Below, one piece after another: positions 1 to 12,600 of a stretch of DNA of 64,000 nucleotides. The DNA comes from Nitrospirales bacterium (GTDB lineage: Bacteria; Nitrospirota; Nitrospiria; Nitrospirales; UBA8639). Each line of letters opens with the position of its first letter. Within the stretch, counting starts at the first letter, position 1. Location: NCBI GenBank assembly GCA_965203295.1, contig CBDBCZ010000017.1:2304001-2368000 (forward strand). The letters run 5' to 3'. A program made the position numbers and the translations under genes. The notes below the pieces were generated by a model, which saw only the letters and a program-made list of their open reading frames with translations, had not been told where the DNA came from and made no database searches.

Positions 1-2488
1 GTTAAGCTTCAGTCACACCATAGCCAACTCTTGTATCATTAGTTGCCTCCTTTCAAACAATTCACAGCAGACAAGTACAAGCTAACTGTATAAATATGAT
101 TCTGCTATTGCAGGTCAATGTAACTTCATTGATGTTTTTCAACTACCATGACTACAAATGGAGATAAGGTGCCTCACAGCAGCAGTGCTTCATCTTGCAG
201 CTCCATGCAGAAGCAGTATCCCTACGACACAGGTGTCAATTTTTAAGGAGTACAGTTTTGTTCAATATGCATGTATGCACAGTGTGTAGTACATGTACAT
301 CGCAAACTCTTCAGCTTTCTGCTGAGCTACTTGCTATGTACGTGCAAGTACAAGTAGATGTAGCTGTAGACATGTCCATGTACATGTCAATTCTATACTG
401 GAGATTGAATTAATTGCGAGAGTTTGTCACAGGTATGTAGTGTGTAAACACTGCAAGTTAGACCACCTGTAAAGATATGGACAGGATCTCCAAATTGTGT
501 GCAACTGCTAGCAACATTACAATATTGCCAGAGTAGTGACTCTTGAGTGGTCAGCTAGCATAGTCTAAGTGTGATAAGTGTGGCTAGGCCTTAGTGTGAG
601 ATCATTATGGAGATGTTGCAGAGCAGACCTGCACATCTGAACACTTTATTAGACCCCATCAGTTATCACTGTTTTTGGCTTTACTTTACTTTAGCTGTCT
701 ATAACACGACTACTGCTAACACATACCAGTGACTATCACCTTTTAACAAAATCCTTAGTCACAGTCTGTTACGCATGCATACGTATTGGCAACTGCCGTC
801 AGCCAGTGATATGTATTTTTTAAAAGCAGTTGCTAGCAGAGAAGCAGCCTCAAGCAACGTATTTCCTTCTTTTTCGTTTAGCCCATTTCAATACAACTGT
901 ATCAGATCCCAGTTCTCCACACCAAGGAAGGAATAGGCACGGTAGGTTCGATTTGTTGGAATGTAAGTCTGCACTATTGCTTTCATTTGAGTCGGACATT
1001 CAATACCATTATTCTAGATCTGTGGTACATAAATTATTGGAAAGCAGAGCAGAAATATTGTAGAGACTGCGTATAGCTCTGAACTAACCCTATCAAGGCT
1101 GCATGGGCATCATGCATATGAAACACACACATTTTTCATCTTTAGCTTGTAATAGACTTTACTAGTTTGGGTTACTCTCTGCTGCAGACTAGATCTAATC
1201 GTTTCATGTTTAACTGTTCATGTTACATGTAGTGGTGGTGCTTTCACAGTTAGTTTCAAAGTAATGTATACAATGTTTTGCATACGTAGCTATGTTTCTA
1301 TGGAGGAGCACCTGGAATCATGTGAAAATCTTTTGCAAGAAATGATATCTGGTGTAGAAATGCTGAAGAAACAGGTCTCTATCACTTCAGACTGCCAGTA
1401 TAAACCTGTATGTATGTACGTACTTACGTACATGTATGTTAATTACACATTTGGTCAACAGCGTGGGCAGGTGCATGTTGAAACTTACTTGCATACAAAG
1501 CATGTGGCATACTACGTTCTACTGTAGACCACACGTTTATCCAGAAAGGAGAGTCTTGTCTACAGTACCATTCATACACTGCTATACATGCAGTATGTTA
1601 GAGCAAGTATGACTGTCTCATATTATGTCTACACTGCTGTACATGCAGCATGTTGACTGTCATGTGATGTGGCTCAGCTTTAATGTGAAACGTGCTACGC
1701 AACATGCTTCCTTGGCAGTATTCTATTACCATAAGAGTGTATGGAACTTGTGAATTGTTATCTTTAACAGCTAGCTGACACTGAGAGCCAACTGCAGTCT
1801 GCTACTAGCCGTAGCTCTTCACTCCGGAAAGAGCTGATGGGCAAAGATGCCACTGTTACTTCACTGACTCAGGAAAACCGGAGATTACAGGAGAGCAAAC
1901 TTTCTGCAAGGCGCTCCTCTCAACTGAAACAAGAGTGTAGAGAAAGACGTACATCTTATTAATGCTTCCCTTCAAAAGCAGGTCAACATCATGTGCACTG
2001 TATACATATGTGTGTCATGTACATAACATTGGGTATGGTGATTCTGTGCACATACAGCTCTTGTATGCATGTACGTCTATGTTTGGACTAGGGCAATGTA
2101 CATGTTCACACCTTCCGGATTTTAAAGGTATTGTTAACTTGAAGGCCTGGTACTCGGGCAAAAACCCGGGACTATTTATTTGAATTATAAGTGCCCAGTT
2201 ACTCAAGCACATTAAAGGGCCATTATCGCGCAAGAAAGGGCTACTCTCCACATCAAAGCGACACACCCCTCCTGCTGATTCCAGTTGCCACCATGGGAAG
2301 ATTTATACTTATTAATTAGCACCACATGAATGACTTCATCTCAATAGTTATTCATGAGAAGAATCACACAGATTCAAATGTCAGTGCGGTACTACTTTAA
2401 ACCTCAAGATTTTAATTTTGTTCACTGGACAGACAGACGACAAATAAACAGAAATTGCTTAGTCCCACCCATACAAGTGGGACAAGTC

Positions 2489-2886
2489 TGACATTTCATG
2501 CCTAAAAAACCAGCTGGACGCCTTTCCCATACAATACACACAACTCAGCTTAGGCCAAGCTATTAAACTCTACAGCCATAGAGCCGGAGATACTATATTC
2601 TTAGAGCGGTACAGCGAAAGTGCTGACTCAGCAGTTTCGTCACGCGCCTCCAGTTAGTAGCTATATGCCAAGAAACCAGAATCTTTACGGCTGCCTACCA
2701 AGTTTTCGCCATCTAGGCAACACAAACTACCTTCATTTGCTGTAGCTTGGCCTGCAAACCTCCAAAAGCTGCTATACACCGCAGTTGCATAGTAACGTAT
2801 GACGTAATATATTGCGCACGTGGTAAGTGCGGACGCACAAACAGACAGACAAACAAACAGACGCGAAAAACGTAAAGCAATCTTAG
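2489..2886 (-). mobile_element. DINE-1/HINE-like non-autonomous repeat, 5'-truncated copy
   Basis: Collinear with 57914-58320 (TGACATTTCATG.CTAAAAAACCAGC..., AAAACGTAAAGCAATCTTAG); GTCT/GTTT microsatellite. Confidence 0.65.
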
Positions 2887-2914
2887 TACACGTCAACCTT
2901 TTGTCATCAAGCTG

Positions 2915-4310
2915 GTTTGAGCACTTAGGGGTGCTGTTGAGTGTCACCCTCTCTATAATCAGACAGTGGATTTTGTCTTTTTTTCAGTGTAGAGTTCCCA
3001 ATACACTTTCCTACACAGTATTCGGATATCATTGGTAAGTACAGGTATACCGTAAAATCTGATAAATAACCGCCCCCTTAAAGGTAACCGCCCCTCTAGT
3101 ATAACCGATCAATTTACTGCAATAACACTTTACTCGTGTGTAAAACCTCCTATGTAAACATAACCGCCCATAATTTTCACGTGCAGCCCAGGCAGGAAAT
3201 TGAATCTGTAAAATTAATAGCGTTGCATGTGTGAATGTCTATAGCAAGCAGAGCATGCAGCTAATAGAACACGACCGTACAGAATAGCGACGAGAATCAG
3301 ACTGTGAAAACCAAGAAGTCGGCGTTAGTTGTAGCGAGAAACCCTAGCTACGGTTAGTGGAGGGTTCTGGGAACGAGGCTAAGCTACGGTAGCTAAGGTA
3401 AGCGCTATGGAGCTCGTTCAGATTGGCTGCCTGAAGGCTTCCTGCCTCAAGGGACACCACATCTACCGGGCTGTTCTCAACGTAGGGGATGTTTCTGTAA
3501 ATCTGCCACGCTATTAACAGTTGTCGTGCAAAAATAACCGATCTGTGATTATACCCGCCCATGTAAAAGTAACCGCCCATTGAGGCTGCTAATTCTAATT
3601 ATAACCGCCCCCGGTTATTTATCAGAGTTTACGGTATATATTTAGCAGAACAACAGTGCAAGTCTGATAATTATACGTTGCATGGCTCTCGAGATAGAGA
3701 TAGAGCTGTTCATCTTGATTTCTTCATACTGCTGAAGCTTTCAGTGGATGAAATCAGGAAAAATTGGTCTAAGCTATCTCAGGAATGACATGACGTATAA
3801 ACATCAGACTGGGACCGTTGTGTTGCTAAGTATCTGTACGTAGATTCCCAACGATATTCGAATCCTAGCTTTGGAGAGTGTTTTGGGGACTGTACACAGA
3901 AAAAGACAAAATTCACTGTCCAATTATATAGAGAGGGTGGCATGGCTCTACAGTTCAGCAGCACCCCTCAGTGCTCAAAGCAGCTACAGTGGTGAAAGGT
4001 TGGCTTGCAGCAGCATGGTTATGGGGCTTCCATTAATACTGAAAGTTACTTCAGGGAGGAAACGCGGAACACAGTTTGACATTTGTCTCCTGGTCATAGC
4101 TGCTTCTGAATTTTAACTTTGGAAGGCTATAGCTCCAGAACCAAGCAACGGAGGAACGCCAAACTTTCAAACCGAGGTGTGAAGGGGCTGCAGTATAAAT
4201 TGAAAACCCATTCACTTCTGGTAATTTATGCAGTCAGCACTAGCACGTCCAAAAATGCCTAGTGTCCGATCGAACAAATTATGAAGGTACTGCATTCAGC
4301 ATTGCTGAAC
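2915..4310. repeat. Foldback (long inverted-repeat) element, left arm truncated and interrupted by a MITE
   Basis: 2915-3047 plus 3637-3720 is the inverse of 3775-3975; same family as 42850-43930. Confidence 0.65.
3050..3634. mobile_element. Tc1/pogo-type MITE (family A)
   Basis: TIRs CCGTAAAATCTGATAAATAACCG / CGGTTATTTATCAGAGTTTACGG with TA on both sides; inverted second copy at 59484-60083. Confidence 0.9.
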
Positions 4311-6711
4311 TGTGCATGCCCGCTCACCCATTAGTGGCCTACATGACCACTCACACTACCTTCTTATGGCCCTGAGTAACGTAACATCTTTTTGGAGGCC
4401 ATCCTAGAAATTTAGTCTCGTCTTTCACCTACTAATAGATCAATAACTTAAGGTGGCCGACCAGAAATCTTATAATTTATCAAGTTGCATACAAACTGTT
4501 GCAACTTACAAGACCTGCCATTTATTTCATTAACTAATATGTCCAAAAACTACATCTGCTATACTTGTCCTACTACTTTGGAGCGCCAGGAGCCCATGGA
4601 CATCCCAACAGGACACTAGCAGGACTCTCAGGTGCCACACGTAATCATACTCAATGGCCTGACCTTCTGCTGTTCATTGTGTACATAGATCACCATTATA
4701 AACAAGCATGCTATACATACCTGCCTACTTTAAAGGTCCATAGTCATACTGGAAATTACCCAGTTCAGGATTTCCAAACCGAACAAACTTTTAGCTGCTT
4801 ATCACTCGGGGGATTGAATCCTCTGATATGCCAGAGCCTATTCAAACCAGAGCAGTGTGTGCAAATGTATACAGAAGTGAAGTGCTCAAAGAAAATATAC
4901 ATGTATACAGTCACTTTTATTAACACTTACTTTGGATTAAGCTTAGGAACAGTTCTATAATCGAAAGTTGCCTCTGAACTGCCTGCTCCAGATTCCCCCT
5001 TGCTCTGTTCCCCGCTGTTTTCATTTCCTGACAAGTGCACACACGTTCCTCTGGGCCTGTCTCCTCCATCACTACCACCTTCCTGTATTGTGTATGTGAG
5101 TGGCACAATAACTGCGATGTGTTGTGGTATGCAAAACACTTTTGCCACCACCTCAAAAATTTGAATGGGTGATTCCTAGATAAACCGTACGTAGCCTTGT
5201 TCTCAGGCTCTATATACTAGTAAACGTTCCCAGGCTGTACTCCCCAGCTCTTTGTGTGAGGTGCAAGAAAAGCTGGGAACAAAGCTAGATGAATCATATA
5301 CCCCACACACTGCCCCTTATTTATTGGAAAATAACACTGACTACAGAATAGCAGCCTCTTATACATGTTTAGCCCTCACACCCAGCACTTCAAGAAAAAA
5401 TAGCAAAGATTCTAATCACTATTTTTTGCCTAAAGTTAATTACACCTAATTACACCTACTCCCCTCCTTAAGTGTTTATAGTTGTTGGCTGGCTAATCAG
5501 CTGTTGGTTTTTGTTGTGTGTGTTTAGCCATCTACGTGTAATCACTGTTCTCCACACAATCTAAACAAGTGACTATCAGTCATAACCTCAGAATTGAAGC
5601 CTTTAAAATGTTGAGAGACATGACTAGCCTACTGCTTAGCCTGCAGAGTGGAGCTGGAAATGAGGCTAGAGCACAGTTGGGGGACTAGCAATATAGGCCT
5701 CTAAACTTGCACAGCTAGGCTAACCTATAACTTTGTACTGTCATTCTTGAAATGCTGTACTGATTAGCACTGCTCCCACAACTCTGGAAGGCAAAAGATT
5801 CCTAAATTCAAGACTGACATAGAGAACTAACTAATGCTATGAAAGATAAATGTATTTGAGCCTACTTTACTGACAAAGGACAGACTGCTGCATTGATCAA
5901 GACTGACAACAAGAACTAACTAATCATATTGAAGAAACTTTACTGACAGAGGACAGAATGCTTACTGTCGTAAGCATTTTAGTTCTCATGCAGCTACAAA
6001 ATACAGCTCACCAGTCCTGACCTTCCACCAGCAATAGTAGCCTGTTGTCATAGTTGTAGGAGTTGCCTTGTTCTGAAACACTTGCAAGAGTTGTTAGCTG
6101 ATTCTCCTCAGAGTTGTCTTGTTCTGGAACACTAGGTACTTTAGCTGTTGATTCCAATTCGTCCTCCGACTTTAGCGGCTGCTGTGTTCCAGTTACCGGT
6201 ATTTGTCGGTCCTCTTGTGGGGCAAAACTTGAGTTTTGGCCTTCCTTGCTTTCACATACAGACTCATTTTGATTTTGAACTGTAGCAAAGTGTTCACTTG
6301 GCAACAAGTTACTGAATCCTACAGCTGGTGTTGCTTGAAAATTTTCATCGTTTACTCTGTCTCCAGATTGTGGGCTCTCTATATTTGGGGAGCTGGATTT
6401 TCACTCTGTGTGAAACACTTAATTCATCGGGATGAGAGCAATTAAATTCTGTTAGGCAACTGTTCCTCTTTTCCACGTTTACCCCCCACGAGAGTCTGAA
6501 TTCAGTAGACTGGACTGGACTGGACTGGACTGGACTGGACTGGACTGGACTACTGGAATGGAATACTGGAATGGAATGGACTCATAACTGTTTTGTATGA
6601 AAGTCAATGTTTTTAATGCAATCACAGCCACTGCAGTACACAAATGCCTCTCATGGAGAACAGAACAGCCACTGTATGGAGAACAGTATACAAATGCCTC
6701 TCATGGAGAAC

Positions 6712-6790
6712 AGGATATAAAAACCACTGCATGGAAAACGGATATAAAAACCACTGCATGGAAAACGGATATAAAAACCACTGCATGGGG
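6712..6790. repeat. 27-bp tandem repeat, ~3 copies
   Basis: GGATATAAAAACCACTGCATGGAAAAC repeated. Confidence 0.85.
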
Positions 6791-6829
6791 AATGAGATAC
6801 AAAAGGTTCAACGTTTTATTGACCATGCA

Positions 6830-9410
6830 TGATGTTGACATACAATTTTCTATCAGAATGGTGAGGAAAGAGATGATGTAACTATAAGTAGTCACATCCT
6901 TCCCATGTGTTGAGCTAAGTACTCAGTATGGACTGGCAAAAGCTGCATACTTGTCTCAGTGGGGACAGTCAACATTTCTGCCTTAAAATAGGGGCAACGG
7001 GCCTGGATACAAGGTATGTTGCAATGATAGTACACATTGTCAAATCACATTTGTAACACTGCTGAACCACTTGGTACAAATTCTTGCCATTCTTTGTGTC
7101 TAACACAAAGGTCCATAGGGGGAACTGCAGGTTTAGTGTACCGTTGCCTACATCCTCGACAGACTCGGACGTTTCCAGCAATGAATGTGAGGGTAAATGG
7201 ACTGTCATTCACAGCAGGTGAACACGGCACCAATGCAGGAGGGAGAGACGGAATACGGATGTGTGGTAGCACAGGGGGAAGACTGGTATATGACGGCGAG
7301 CAGTTTTGAGCTGAAGGGGAGGTGACTTTGGACTGTGTAGGAAGAAAGGATGAGGTCACAACAGTTGCATACGCTGACGCTATTGGGACCAGTGGCGGTG
7401 GGGACAAGTTACATGCACTGCTGCGAGGAGGAATACTACTGGTTTCAGTAGATACTGTTGCTGCTTCAGTACTTGGAACAGAAAATCGATCAGAAAATAC
7501 AACTCTTGAGGTAGCATCACTCTTCTTTCTACGACGAGCTGGTTTTCCTCCTTTGCGTCCACATCCAGCTGGCATTTGTGATGTAACTAGTTTTGTGAGA
7601 TTTGGACACTGCTTGGCTTGACAGAACCACTCAATAAACTTCTGAAGTTGTCCGTTGTACTGGGCTGTTGCAACGGCATGAGAACAAATACCTAATGACT
7701 TGAAGTTTCCACAGACAGTATCGCATGCATACTGGCCACCTTTCTTAGCCAGCACCAAGTGTGGACGACTACCAGTGTAACTTTTTACCATGCACGACCG
7801 GTTGGTACTTACAGGAGCTGCGCAAATAGCATTTTTCTCTGACAACAAGTTTTCTTCCATATTGCTTCAAGGACAGGTGCGGGGGTAAGTACTTGGCCAG
7901 AAAATTCCTCTACTTTCACTGGGAGTATCACTTCATCCGGATGTTCAGCAAGTAGTTGTCGACTACAACACGGTAGGTCAGCTGGTGTGCAAGGACGCTT
8001 GGCAGTAGGGGTAGGCTCAACTGCAGTTTCTTTCCGTTTAACTCCTTGAGAAATTGCCACTTGGATCTTTGCCAACTTCTCCAAATGCTTTCGTCGCTGT
8101 AAAACGGTCATCTCCAGAAGCCATTTTTCTTCTGTTTTTTTCAAATGATTGGAACTCGGGGAGTAGCCTGTATTTACCACGGTTGATAACTGCCCTCTCA
8201 ATTTCTCTTTCTTGCTCATTAATGACTTCCTTCAGCTTTTCTAGAAACTCTGGCAGCTCGCTCTTTTTGTAGTACACTTTATTCTTCAAAACTGCATTCA
8301 TGCTTTCGCTTGCGTTAGTACTGAAAAGTTCTGGTGGATCACCAAATCCTGCTTCCTTGCGAGTTGATTGCAGCATGGTAGTCTGGATGATTGTGCTTTT
8401 ATATTGTGAATACCACTGCACAAAGTCATGTACAGGCCCGCTTTTGGAAGCATCTAGGCTTTCCCACTTCTTTGATAGCTTGGCAAAACCTTCACTGTAT
8501 TGTGCTTTTTCTCGAGCATCAACTAGGCCTTCGATATAGTGAGTACCAACTTGCTTTCCAAAGAGATCCGCAACGATGACCCTCTGGCTGATGCCCAATT
8601 CTTGTACCTTTGCAAGGATGTTACGACGCATGTGGATCCAACAGGTAAGGTGAATGCTCGAGGGAAACGCACGTTGAAATGCCTCAAACAAAGCCTCTTC
8701 CCCGTCTGTACCAAAACACCTCAAATTTTTTAGCTGTGGTCGAAGCCCTACAGAGTCGAAGCAAAGAACAGGTAAGTAGCAAATGACTTCTTGTAATGGA
8801 CCATGACTGGGCCAATGAAAACTGGAGGATTGTCACTACGTCTGCTCTGGAGAAGTAGGTGATGGTACGACACTACAGTCACATTGAAAGCACCCAAAGA
8901 AAAAGTAGGATCGACAGAAAGGATGCCAAACTTATCCTTTTCGGTACAGAATCGCACCAAATTATCCAACTGTCGGTCAAGACCCACGACTATTGCTGGT
9001 TCACGAAGTGTTTTCATGGCTCTCACAAACTGCTTTGAGGTATCTTCCATAAAAGCTCTCTGCATCACTACGGAGAGTCCATCATCTGCCATGATCTGCA
9101 TTTGACCACCAAGGGAACGTGATTTGTACTTCAATCTCCGTTTTACCTGAGAGACTTGCTGTTCATCTCGTGGAAGTTCGCAGGCATCAGATGCAGATAA
9201 CACCCCACCAACTTTCATGGAAATTTTAGCTAGAACATTCTTTGGGCCACTACTCCCACACTCTTCCTTGATCATTTCCATTGTGCTTGGCAAAGTTGGA
9301 AAAAATGGTTTGGGACGGGTGCTATTTCCATGTGGCAACGGCTTGGGCTCAAATCCCTCAGGTATATAATAAACTGCTAGGCAGTATTGATGTGGATGGT
9401 TGTTAGCAGC
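6830..9410 (-). pseudogene. MULE transposase (DDE + SWIM zinc finger + C-terminal Cys/His finger), frameshifted
   Basis: Consecutive ORF pieces 8748-9338, 8038-8724, 7809-8219, 7045-7860: LSVDPTF, FGTDGEEAL..AF...FP...HLTCWIH, STNASESMN, SWIM-like CDTVCGNFKSLGICSH, GNVRVCRGC; several frame breaks. Confidence 0.85.
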
Positions 9411-9681
9411 TAAAGTTGTGAAGGAGTAGGATAAATGTAAGTGTAATATAGAAGCTACACTCTATACATATATTACACATTACAACAATTGGATGAAGGG
9501 CGGAGTATAGAGGCGTTTATACTACTATCTCGTTTTTATTGAGATATACCATGGCTAATTAGAGTAAACATGAGAGTTTTGTCCATAATTACAAAGATAC
9601 ATGTACATGTTTGTTAAAATGATAGTAACTGAAAATAAAAACTGTTAGCGTGCATAATATGAAGGGCTGGTACACGTTATG

Positions 9682-12600
9682 TTACTTACGAGCACTTCTT
9701 AGCCTCTTGCACGCTTGGCCCACGCTGTCGACACAACTTTTCCACACGGATTCAAACTCATGTTTAGATCTCCAATACTGCGGAAACTGACGGAAAAGAA
9801 CTGTCTTGAGTGTGTTGACCTCGGATATCGGAAGTCCAGGAAACGTCCGCTCACCGATCACTGTGCAGCGCTTCTGAACGTTCTCGCCGAAAATTGCTTC
9901 CTTAGCCAACTTGACAGCAAGAGTTCCAACCTTAGATTCGCATCGAAGTTTGGGGTACCTGGACAGCACACTGGAGATGGAAGATAATTTTGACTTCACT
10001 ATTTTAGATGAGTCGAGCACGTTCGTGTTCACGTTTTGGAATGGTAATGGTGATGGCTTGCAGTCACCAGAAGACTCGGTAGATGGGTGTTCCATTTGTG
10101 CAGCAGAGGCGTGGTGTGTGGATGGTGGAAGCGGAGTCGAGGAGGGCTGTCCAAAGGCGCTGGTTGCTGGCTGAGAGGATGAAAAGCGGTGGTGGCGTGA
10201 AGGGGTGGCAGATGAAATTGGGTCCCAACTGTATGGACTATAGTTGTCTTCTGCGTGCGGACAACTCTCCCAATCTTCTTCATCCAATCGTGGCAGTTGG
10301 CGGTAAGGTTCTTCACTATGCTGACACTGCCACTGGGGTGTGCACTGGACAAGCCTTTCAAGAGCAGACAGTCGGTTCGGAATCTGATACTGCGCTGAGA
10401 GGAAAGACTTCTGACTGGATTGCATCATCTGGTAGTTACGGACTATGAGCGACTGGCGTTCTGCGACATCCTTCAATTTTTGAGCAAGTTCAGCTACCTC
10501 CACTTCAAGTGTCAGTGGATCGGAGTCAAGAGACATGTCCTTCGCGGGTGAAGGAGTTGCAGAGGGAGGGAATCTTCTATCAAATGAAGCAGGACTACGA
10601 ATTGACCCGGAGCTAGAGTCGTCCTGGATGGATATGGCAGGAGTGTTGTCCTGGATGGACGTGGTAGGCAGGACCAGGGTAGGCTCGTCATCAATGTGTA
10701 TGGTGGACAGGGCAGTGAAAGCTGGTGGTGGTGTAACGTCAGACTCGGATGCGGCTGGTGGTGTAGCGTCAGACTTGCTGGATGCGGCTGGTGGTGTAGC
10801 GTCAGACTCGGATGCGGCTGGTGGTGTAGCGTCAGACTTGCTGGATGCGGCTGGTGGTGTAGCGTCAGACTCAGATGCGGCTGGTGGTGTAGCGTCAGAC
10901 TTGCTGGATGCGGCTGGTGGTGTAGCGTCAGACTCGGATGTGGCTGGTGGTGTAGCGTCAGACTCAGATGCGGCTGGTGGTGTAGCGTCAGACTCGGATG
11001 TGGCTGGTGGTGTAGCGTCAGACTCGGATGCGGCTGGTGGTGTAGCGTCAGACTCGGATGTGGCTGGTGGTGAAGCGTCAGACTCGGATGTGGCTGGTGG
11101 TGTAGCGTCAGACTCGGATGCGGCTGGTGGTGTAGCGTCAGACTCGGATGCGGCTGGTGGTGTAGCGTCAGACTCGGATGCGGCTGGTGGTGTAGCGTCA
11201 GACTTGCTGGATGCGGCTGGTGGTGTAGCGTCAGACTCGGATTCGGCTGGTGGTGTAGCGTCAGACTCGGATGCGGCTGGTGGTGTAGCGTCAGACTCGG
11301 ATTCGGCTGGTGGTGTAGCGTCAGACTCGGATGTGGCTGGTGGTGTAGCGTCAGACTCGGATGTGGCTGGTGGTGTAGCGTCAGACTCGGATGCGGCTGG
11401 TGGTGTAGCGTCAGACTCGGATGCGGCTGGTGGTGTAGCGTCAGACTCGGATGCGGCTGGTGGTGTAGCGTCAGACTCGGATGCGGCTGGTGGTGTAGCG
11501 TCAGACTTGCTGGATGCGGCTGGTGGTGTAGCGTCAGACTCGGATGTGGCTGGTGGCGTAGCGTCAGACTCGGATGTGGCTGGTGGTGTAGCGTCAGACT
11601 CGGATGTGGCTGGTGGTGTAGCGTCAGACTCGGATGTGGCTGGTGGTGTAGCGTCAGACTTGCTGGATGCGGCTGGTAGTGTAGTGTCAGACTCGGATGC
11701 GGCTGGTGGTGTAGCGTCAGACTCGGATGCGGCTGGTGGTGTAGCGTCAGACTTGCTGGATGCGGCTGGTGATGTAGCGTCAGACTCGGATGTGGCTGGT
11801 GGCGTAGCGTCAGACTCGGATGTGGCTGGTGGTGTAGCGTCAGATTTGCTGGATGCGGCTGGTGGTGTAGCGTCAGACTCGGATGCGGCTGGTGGTGTAG
11901 CGTCAGACTTGCTGGATGCGGCTGGTGGTGTAGCGTCAGACACAGATGCGGCTGGTGGTGTAGCGTCAGACTCGGATGCGGCTGGTGGTGTAGCGTCAGA
12001 CTTGCTGGATGCGGCTGGTGGTGTAGCGTCAGACTCGGATGCGGCTGGTGGTGTAGCGTCAGACTCGGATGCGGCTGGTGGTGTAGCGTCAGATTCGGAT
12101 GCGGCTGGTGGTGTAGCGTCAGACTCGGATGCGGCTGGTGGTGTAGCGTCAGACTTGCTGGATGCGGCTGGTGGTGTAGCGTCAGACTCGGATGCGGCTG
12201 GTGGTGTAGCGTCAGACTCGGATGCGGCTGGTGGTGTAGCGTCAGACTCGGATGCGGCTGGTGGTGTAGCGTCAGACTCGGATGCGGCTGGTGGTGTAGC
12301 GTCAGACTCGGATGCGGCTGGTGGTGTAGCGTCAGACTCGGATGCGGCTGGTGGTGTAGCGTCAGACTCGGATGCGGCTGGTGGTGTAGCGTCAGACTCA
12401 GATGCGGCTGGTGGTGTAGCGTCAGACTCGGATGCGGCTGGTGGTGTACCGTCAGACTTGCTGGATGCGGCTGGTGGTGTAGCGTCAGACTCGGATGTGG
12501 CTGGTGGCGTAGCGTCAGACTCGGATGTGGCTGGTGGTGTAGCGTCAGACTCGGATGTGGCTGGTGGTGTAGCGTCAGACTCGGATGTGGCTGGTGGTGT

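Noticed and set aside
1290..1950. Possible coiled-coil exons of a host gene on the + strand
   Set aside because: Splice-like boundaries but no recognisable family; not enough support to call.
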